DNA of 64,000 bases from Candidatus Multivorans sp. (GTDB lineage: Bacteria > Acidobacteriota > Thermoanaerobaculia > Multivoradales > Multivoraceae). The translations under genes and the position numbers were made by a program. How positions within the stretch are numbered: position 1 is the stretch's first letter; the number at the start of each line of letters is the position of its first letter. Below, in pieces: positions 57,478 through 64,000 of this stretch. The DNA lies in NCBI GenBank assembly GCA_965247095.1, contig OZ251997.1:2976001-3040000 (forward strand), in the 5' to 3' direction. Below the pieces are notes generated by a model. It did not search any database and was not told the origin of the DNA. It saw only the letters and a list, made by a program, of their open reading frames with translations.

Positions 57478-59049
57478 ATGAGTGGGATCGAGATCACGGG
57501 AGCGCGCGACTTCGAAGCGGCGGAGCACATCCTGACCCCGGAGGCGCTCGAGTTCGCGGGCGATCTTTGCCGGCAATTCGAGCAGCGCCGGCTGCAGTTG
57601 CTCCAGGATCGGGTCGACCGCCACGCGCGGAGCCAGGCTGGTTACGACCCCACGTTCCCGGCCGAGACCCAGGAGATCCGTGACGCGGACTGGAAGGTGG
57701 CGCCCACGCCGGCGGATCTGAACTGCCGCTGGGCCGAGATCACCGGTCCGGTCGACCGCAAGATGATGATCAACGCGCTGAACTCGGACGCCAAGGTCTT
57801 CATGGCGGATCTTGAGGACGCCCTGAGTCCGAGTTGGCGCAATGTGATCGAGGGTCAGCAGAACCTGTACGACGCGGTGCGCAGGCAGTTGGAGTTCACG
57901 AACCCGGGGAACGGCAAGGAGTACCGGTTGGGGGACGAGATCGCCACCCTCCTGGTGCGTCCTCGCGGCTGGCACCTGATCGAGAAGAACGCCCTGATCT
58001 CAGGCAATCCCGTCTCGGCCGGCATCTTCGACTTCGGCCTCTACTTTTTTCACAACGCCAGGGCAGCGCTCAGCCGCGGCAGCGGTCCGTACTTCTACCT
58101 GCCGAAGCTGGAGAGCAGGCACGAGGCGCGGCTCTGGAACGACATCTTCGTCGCCGCCCAGGACGCGCTCGGGGTGCCCCAGGGCAGCGTCCGCGCCACG
58201 GTGTTGATCGAGACCATCCTCGCCGCCTTCGAGATGGAGGAGATCCTCTACGAGCTGCGCGACCACTCGGCGGGGCTCAACGCGGGGCGCTGGGACTACA
58301 TCTTCAGCGCGATCAAGAAGTTCGCGTTCAGGGAAGACATGGTGCTGCCCGATCGCGGCCAGATCACGATGACGGTGCCTTTCATGCGCTCCTACACGGA
58401 GCTCCTGGTGCGCACCTGCCACAGCCGCGGCGCGCACGCGATCGGCGGCATGGCGGCCTTCATTCCCAGCCGGCGGGACGCTGAGGTCAACGCGACGGCG
58501 CTGGCGGCGGTCCGCGCCGACAAGGAGCGCGAGGCCGGCGACGGCTTCGACGGAAGCTGGGTCGCCCACCCGGACCTGGTGCCGATCGCCCTGGAGGTGT
58601 TCGGCACGAAGATGGAAGGCCGTCCGAACCAGAAGGAACGGCTGCGCGAGGACGTGTCGGTGGAACCCGGCAGCCTGATCGATCTGAACGTGCCCGGAGG
58701 CACGCTGACCGAGCAGGGATTGCGCAACAACGTCTCGGTTGGGCTCCAGTACATGAACTCCTGGCTCAACGGCAACGGCGCGGCGGCGATCAACAACCTG
58801 ATGGAAGACGCGGCGACCGCGGAGATCGCCCGCGCCCAGCTCTGGCAGTGGGTCCACCGCAACGCCCAGATGGACAACGGTGCGAAGGTCACGGCGGAGC
58901 TCTACGAACAGGTGCGCGACGAAGAGCTGAGCCAGCTCGGGGGCCGCTCCGCGAGTCGCTACGGTCTCGCGGCTGACCTGCTGGACGACCTGGTGCTCGG
59001 CTCCGAGTTCCAGGAGTTCCTGACGCTCCAGGCCTACCAGCACATCTGA
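57478..59049 (+). CDS. aceB: Malate synthase A
   Basis: [54 protein letters not shown]. Confidence 0.96.
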   Translation: MSGIEITGARDFEAAEHILTPEALEFAGDLCRQFEQRRLQLLQDRVDRHARSQAGYDPTFPAETQEIRDADWKVAPTPADLNCRWAEITGPVDRKMMINALNSDAKVFMADLEDALSPSWRNVIEGQQNLYDAVRRQLEFTNPGNGKEYRLGDEIATLLVRPRGWHLIEKNALISGNPVSAGIFDFGLYFFHNARAALSRGSGPYFYLPKLESRHEARLWNDIFVAAQDALGVPQGSVRATVLIETILAAFEMEEILYELRDHSAGLNAGRWDYIFSAIKKFAFREDMVLPDRGQITMTVPFMRSYTELLVRTCHSRGAHAIGGMAAFIPSRRDAEVNATALAAVRADKEREAGDGFDGSWVAHPDLVPIALEVFGTKMEGRPNQKERLREDVSVEPGSLIDLNVPGGTLTEQGLRNNVSVGLQYMNSWLNGNGAAAINNLMEDAATAEIARAQLWQWVHRNAQMDNGAKVTAELYEQVRDEELSQLGGRSASRYGLAADLLDDLVLGSEFQEFLTLQAYQHI

Positions 59050-59096
59050 TTCGGGCCCGCATCCGGTTTCAACCCGCTGCGCTACGCTCGCGGCCG

Positions 59097-60383
59097 ATGC
59101 AGCATGCGATCGAGCTGGACGCGCTGCGGAGCGAGGTCGGCGACTCGGCCACCGCGATGGCGAACGCGGTTTCGGCCTGCGTCCACTGCGGCTTCTGCCT
59201 GCCGACGTGCCCGACCTACGTCGAGCTGGGCGAGGAGATGGACTCGCCGCGCGGCCGCATCGTGCTGATGAAGGAGGTGCTCGAGGGCGGCCTTGACCTG
59301 GAGGAGGCGCTGACCCACATCGACCCCTGCCTGGGTTGCATGGCGTGCGTGACGGCCTGCCCGTCCGGCGTCGAGTACGGCGAACTGCTGATGCCGTTCC
59401 GGGAACTGGCGGAGGCCGGCCGGCGGCGCTCCCGGTTCGACCGCTGGTGGCGCGGCCTGATGCTGGACACGCTGACTCGCCCCGCACGCCTGCGGTGGAT
59501 GCTGCGGCTGGGGCGCCTGGCGGCGCCGTTCCGCGCGCTGCTGCCGGCGCGGCTCGCCGCACCGCTCGATCTGCTGCCCAGGACCGCGGACCGCGCGGAA
59601 GTCGGCTTCGGCGTGTTCCCCGCCGCCTCCGAGCGGCGGGCCCGGGTGGCGCTCCTCGCCGGTTGCGCGCAGCAGGTGCTGGCGCCACGCATTCACCGCG
59701 CGACGATCGAAGTGCTGACCCGCCGGGGAGTCGAAGTTGTCGTCCCGAAGGAAGAGGCGTGCTGCGGTTCGCTGGCTTTTCACGCCGGTGACGCCCCGCG
59801 CGCCCGCGCCGCCGCCGGTTCCCTGTTGGGCGTACTCGGGCCTGATGGTCTGCTGTCGGAAGTCGACGCGGTGCTCACCAACGCCGCCGGCTGCGGTTCG
59901 GGCCTCAAGGAGTACGGCCTGCTGTTCGCGGGGCGGCCCGAGGAGGCTGCGGCCCGCGCTCTGGCCGCCAAGGTGCGGGACGTTTCGACGTTCCTGGCGG
60001 CGCTCGAGACCGATGCGCCGCCGCCGCTGCCGCAGCCGTTGCGCGTCGCCTACCACGACGCCTGCCACCTGGCCCACGCCCAGTCGGAGCGGACGGGGCC
60101 CCGGCAGTTGCTGGCCCGGGTGCCGGGCGTGACCCTGGTGGAACCGCGCGACTGGCAGATCTGCTGCGGTTCGGCCGGCATCTACAACCTGGAAGAGCCC
60201 GAGCTCGCGGCCCGTCTGGGGCGCAAGAAGGCGGAGGCTCTACTGGAGGGCGAACCGGACGTGATCGCCACCGGCAACATCGGCTGCCTGACCCAGATCG
60301 AGAGCCACGTGCACCGTTTGGGCGCCCGGATTCCCGTGCGGCACACGATGGAGATCCTGGCCTCTGCGTACGGCGCCGACTGA
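59097..60383 (+). CDS. glcF: Glycolate oxidase iron-sulfur subunit (GlcF-like)
   Basis: CVHCGFCLPTCP, DSPRGRI, CLGCMACVTACPSGV, two CCG domains. Confidence 0.85.
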   Translation: MQHAIELDALRSEVGDSATAMANAVSACVHCGFCLPTCPTYVELGEEMDSPRGRIVLMKEVLEGGLDLEEALTHIDPCLGCMACVTACPSGVEYGELLMPFRELAEAGRRRSRFDRWWRGLMLDTLTRPARLRWMLRLGRLAAPFRALLPARLAAPLDLLPRTADRAEVGFGVFPAASERRARVALLAGCAQQVLAPRIHRATIEVLTRRGVEVVVPKEEACCGSLAFHAGDAPRARAAAGSLLGVLGPDGLLSEVDAVLTNAAGCGSGLKEYGLLFAGRPEEAAARALAAKVRDVSTFLAALETDAPPPLPQPLRVAYHDACHLAHAQSERTGPRQLLARVPGVTLVEPRDWQICCGSAGIYNLEEPELAARLGRKKAEALLEGEPDVIATGNIGCLTQIESHVHRLGARIPVRHTMEILASAYGAD

Positions 60384-60490
60384 GGATTTCCGCAGGTCGG
60401 ATTCGGATACAGACAGGGTTGTCAGGGTCGGTTATCCTGCCCGCGCCCGTTGACCGCTTCTTCTTCCACACTCACTACTTTCGGACTTGG

Positions 60491-61528
60491 ATGACGACAC
60501 CCACTCGCATTGGAATCATGGGCTTCGGCCTTCTCGGTCGAAGCCTGTTCCGCCTCTCTCTTGACCGGCCCGAAATCGAGGTCGCCGCGGTGGCCGATAC
60601 CGCGGATCCCGAGATGCTGCGCTACCTACTGCGCTTCTCGACCCTGCCGTGGCCGCTCGACGCTGATGTCGCGCTCGAGAACGGCAGCCTGTGCGTCGAC
60701 GGCTCCTGCGCCAGCGTGGTGCGCGCCGGCAGCGCCGGCGAGGCGCCCTGGGGCGACCTCGGGGTCACGACCGTGGTCGACTTCCGGGACACGCAGCCGA
60801 CGCGGCCAGAACTCGAGGGGCACCTTACGGCCGGCGCCGAGCGCGTGGTGCTCTGCGCGCCCCCGGGCGGGGAGCTGGACCGGACGGTCGTGGTCGGGCT
60901 GAACGAGGACCGGATCGAGCCTTCCGATCGGATCGTGTCCGCCGGCTCGTTCACCGCGCACTGCGCCGGGCCGCTGCTGCGTATCCTCGACGGGGCCTTC
61001 GGCGTCGAGCAGGCGTTCATCAGTTCCGTGCGTGCCTACGGCGCCGGTTCGCGGCTCGCAGACGTGCCGGCGCCCGAGTTCCGGTCCGGCCGGGCGGCGG
61101 GCGAGAACATCATCCCCTCGGTGACGGAAGCCGCGTCGGAACTCGAGACCGTGCTGCCCGAGCTCGGCGGCAAGCTCTCGGCTTCGGCGATGAACGTGCC
61201 GGTCGCGAACGGCTCCGTGGTCGACCTGGTGTGCTGGCACCGCGACGCGGTGAGCGTTGCCGCGGTCAACGAGGCGGTGGCCGCCGCTGCCGACGGCGAA
61301 TGGAGCGGCAGGCTGCGCTTCGAGCGCGAGGCGATCGTCTCGGCCGACACCGCAGGCAGCCGGGCAACCTGCATCTTCGATTCGCAGGGAACGATGACCC
61401 TGGGCGATCACGTGTCGAAGACGATCGCCTGGTTCGACAACGGCTGGGGCTACCTGCACCGGCTCTTGGAACTCGTCGCCGCGCTCGACGCTGCGCCGGC
61501 TGCGGGCGCTGAAGGGGGCGCCTCATGA
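60491..61528 (+). CDS. GAPDH-like protein lacking catalytic residues
   Basis: Full GAPDH fold (GFGLLG, PWGDLGV, WFDNGWGY) but SAGSFTAHC replaces SNASCTTNC and VRAY replaces IHAY. Confidence 0.85.
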   Translation: MTTPTRIGIMGFGLLGRSLFRLSLDRPEIEVAAVADTADPEMLRYLLRFSTLPWPLDADVALENGSLCVDGSCASVVRAGSAGEAPWGDLGVTTVVDFRDTQPTRPELEGHLTAGAERVVLCAPPGGELDRTVVVGLNEDRIEPSDRIVSAGSFTAHCAGPLLRILDGAFGVEQAFISSVRAYGAGSRLADVPAPEFRSGRAAGENIIPSVTEAASELETVLPELGGKLSASAMNVPVANGSVVDLVCWHRDAVSVAAVNEAVAAAADGEWSGRLRFEREAIVSADTAGSRATCIFDSQGTMTLGDHVSKTIAWFDNGWGYLHRLLELVAALDAAPAAGAEGGAS

Positions 61529-62541
61529 TCCGCGTCGGGATAAACGGCTTCGGTCGCATCGGGCGCAGCGTCTTCCGCATCCTCGCCAGCCGTCCCGACG
61601 TGCAGGTCGTCGGCATCAACGACCTGTTCGACGCGGAGCGCCTCGCCTACCTGCTGCGTTACGACACGGTGCAGGGAGTCTTCGACCAGGAGGTCGAGGT
61701 GACCGGGAACGGCCTGCGGGTCGGAGGCCGCCAGATCCGGCTCAGCGCGGAGCGGAATCCATCCCAGCTCCCCTGGAGTGAACTCGGGGTCGACATCGCC
61801 GTCGAGTCGACCGGTGTGTTCCGGACCCGCGCCCAGGTGGCGTTGCACCTCGATGCCGGCGCCTCGCGGGTTGTGCTCACGGTGCCGGCCAAGGACGAGA
61901 TCGACGCCATGATCGTGCTCGGGGTCAACGACGGCGATCTCGGTCCGGAGCATCGCGTGGTCTCCAACGCTTCCTGCACCACGAACTGCCTCGCGCCGCT
62001 GGCCAAGACCCTCGACGACGCCTTCGGTTTCGAGGAAGGGTTCATCACCACCATCCACGCGTACACCAACGGCCAGCGCCTGGTCGACTCACCGCACAGC
62101 GACCCGCGGCGCAGCCGCTCGGCGACCGCCAACATCATCCCGACCACGACGGGCGCCGCGCGCGCCGTGGGCAAGGTGCTGCCGCACCTGAACGGCCGCC
62201 TCGACGGGATGGCGATGCGGGTGCCCGTGGCGGACGGCTCGATCGTCGATCTGACCTGCAGGCTGCGCGGCGACGCCGCGGCGGAGGACGTGAACGCGGC
62301 GGCTTCGGCGGCGGCGGAGTCGAACCTGGCGGGCATCCTCCAGTACTCCGAAGACCCTCTAGTTTCGAGCGACATCCTCGGCAATCCCCATTCGTCGATC
62401 TTCGACGCGCCGCTGACCCGGGTCATTCCGGTTGAGGGCGGTGGCGTGTACGCCCGCGTCGTGTCGTGGTATGACAACGAGTGGGGCTACTCGAACCGGG
62501 TCGCGGATCTGATCGAGCGGCTGGCGCAGCTCGGGCCCTGA
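61525..62541 (+). CDS. gap: Type I glyceraldehyde-3-phosphate dehydrogenase
   Basis: INGFGRIGR, SNASCTTNCLAP, TIHAYT, TTTGAA, MRVP, WYDNEWGY. Confidence 0.96.
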   Translation: MIRVGINGFGRIGRSVFRILASRPDVQVVGINDLFDAERLAYLLRYDTVQGVFDQEVEVTGNGLRVGGRQIRLSAERNPSQLPWSELGVDIAVESTGVFRTRAQVALHLDAGASRVVLTVPAKDEIDAMIVLGVNDGDLGPEHRVVSNASCTTNCLAPLAKTLDDAFGFEEGFITTIHAYTNGQRLVDSPHSDPRRSRSATANIIPTTTGAARAVGKVLPHLNGRLDGMAMRVPVADGSIVDLTCRLRGDAAAEDVNAAASAAAESNLAGILQYSEDPLVSSDILGNPHSSIFDAPLTRVIPVEGGGVYARVVSWYDNEWGYSNRVADLIERLAQLGP

Positions 62542-62596
62542 CCCAAGTCGGCGCCGCCCCGTCCGGGGCCGCCCGCCCCGTCTTCAGTTCCGTTCG

Positions 62597-63259
62597 ATGG
62601 ACATTCGTTCCCTACTTGATTCGGCGCCCATCCTGCCCCTGCTCAGGATCGAGCGGGAGGAGGATGCCGTGCCCTTGGCCGGCGCCCTGCTCGAAGGCGG
62701 CATCGTGGTGCAGGAGGTGGCGCTTCGCACTCCGGCCGCCCTGCCGGCGATCGCCCGCATCGCGAAGGAACTCCCGGAGGTCATCGTCGGCGCCGGGACG
62801 GTGCGTAGGGCGGAGGACGTCTACGCGGCGCGCGACGCCGGCGCCCGTTTCGGGGTCAGTCCGGGGATCACCTCCGAGATCGCGATGGCCGTGCACGACG
62901 CCCTGATGCCCTTCCTGCCCGGCGTGGCGACGCCGTCCGAGATCCAGGGCGCGGTGGACCTGGGTTTCTTCACCTGCAAGTTCTTCCCGGCGCCTGCCTG
63001 CGGCGGCCTGACCTTCCTGCGCGCCGTCCGCAGCCCGTTCCCCGAGGTCGCTTTCTGTCCGACGGGCAACCTGGACCGCACCAGCTACCGGGAGTACCTC
63101 GCCGAGCCGAATGTCGTCTTGGTCGGGGTTTCCTGGATCACGCCGCCCGAGGCCGTCGCGGCCCGGGCCTGGGGCCGTGTCGCGGAACTGGCCCGGGCGA
63201 CGGTCGAGGAAGTCCACGACGTGGCCGGCGCCGTGCCGGCCGCCGCGGGCGAATCGTAG
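62597..63259 (+). CDS. eda: KDPG/KHG aldolase
   Basis: EVALRT, VGAGTV, VSPG, PGVATPSE, KFFPA, FCPTG. Confidence 0.92.
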   Translation: MDIRSLLDSAPILPLLRIEREEDAVPLAGALLEGGIVVQEVALRTPAALPAIARIAKELPEVIVGAGTVRRAEDVYAARDAGARFGVSPGITSEIAMAVHDALMPFLPGVATPSEIQGAVDLGFFTCKFFPAPACGGLTFLRAVRSPFPEVAFCPTGNLDRTSYREYLAEPNVVLVGVSWITPPEAVAARAWGRVAELARATVEEVHDVAGAVPAAAGES

Positions 63260-63278
63260 CCGGGAGACGGAGGCAACC

Positions 63279-64000
63279 GTGCAGCGCCGAGCCAAGATCG
63301 TCGCCACGGTTGGCCCGGCGAGCTCGAACCCCAAGACTCTCGCGCGGCTGATCCGCGCCGGCGTCAACGTCGTCCGGCTGAACCAGTCCCACGGCACCCG
63401 GGAGGAGCATCGCCGGCTCATCCGGCTGGTGCGGCAGGTCAGCGAGGAGGCCGACCGGTCGGTCGGCGTGATGGTCGACCTGATGGGGCCCCGGCACCGG
63501 CTCGACCACTTCGAGGGCGTGCGGGTGCTCAAGCGGGGCGACGTCGTTGCCCTGGGCGCGGGCGCCGGTGCGGACCTGGCGCTCGACCGCGACATGGTCG
63601 AGCACGTCCAGCCGGACGAACAGATCCTGATCGACGACGGCCGGGTGCAGTTGGAGGTCCGGTCGAAGGACGAGGAGAAGATCGAGGCGGAGGTCATCAT
63701 CGGCGGCGCCGTGTCGAGCCGCAAGGGCGTGAACCTGCCCGACAGCCATCTGCCGTTCCACATCTCGGACAAGGACCTGGGCGATATCCGGATGGCGGTC
63801 GAGGAGGACGCCGACTTTCTCGCGGCCAGCTACATCGGCACCCCGGCGGACGTGGTTCAGGTGCGGGAAGCGTCGCGCGCGGCGGGCCGCAGCCTGCAAG
63901 TCATCGCCAAGCTGGAGCGTCGGCGGGCGCTGGAGCACCTCGACGAGATCGTGCTCGAGTCCGACGGCGTGATGGTGGCGCGGGGTGACTTGGGGGTCGA
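63279..64000 (+). CDS. pyk: Pyruvate kinase (runs off the window end)
   Basis: GGAGG RBS; RAKIVATVGPAS, RLNQSHG, DLMGP, IDDG, KGVNLP, IAKLE, DGVMVARGDLG. Confidence 0.95.
   Translation, partial: MQRRAKIVATVGPASSNPKTLARLIRAGVNVVRLNQSHGTREEHRRLIRLVRQVSEEADRSVGVMVDLMGPRHRLDHFEGVRVLKRGDVVALGAGAGADLALDRDMVEHVQPDEQILIDDGRVQLEVRSKDEEKIEAEVIIGGAVSSRKGVNLPDSHLPFHISDKDLGDIRMAVEEDADFLAASYIGTPADVVQVREASRAAGRSLQVIAKLERRRALEHLDEIVLESDGVMVARGDLGV

Overview
GC-rich bacterial chromosome window, densely packed with core genes. Protein style suggests Acidobacteriota, possibly a Thermoanaerobaculia-like host or sponge associate; this is inference only. In order: selA, TPR protein, tldE/tldD, pccB-purE-rpiB, folC, yebC-ruvC, an exbB-exbD-exbD-tonB-TPR-tonB cluster, gatB, pgeF, AmgK-like kinase, tatA, slt, fis-like, an envelope/isoprenoid operon (truA-cdsA-dxr-rseP-PASTA-rpe-bamD-cpoB), GT87/GT2, glmU, pcrA, four tRNAs, waaC-like, Nudix/HAD, a metzincin, rrf2-ispH-purD-ricT, a glycosyltransferase cluster, serS-tRNA-Ser, a truncated cadherin/Fn3 surface protein, PP2C, aceB-glcF and gap-like/gap/eda/pyk. 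No transposase, integrase, phage or CRISPR locus was seen. The most notable non-routine signals are four. (1) A dispersed family of CTAG-bounded intergenic elements (22-166 bp) with an asymmetric sub-terminal inverted repeat (GCGCGGCAGAA...TTCTGCCGCGCA-N5-CTAG) and interchangeable internal hairpins showing compensatory base changes. (2) A GAPDH paralogue lacking the catalytic Cys, His and Arg, translationally coupled to an intact gap. (3) A receptor-less TonB motor cluster with a duplicated tonB plus a decayed third 3' end. (4) A G11 tract in the fis-like promoter.
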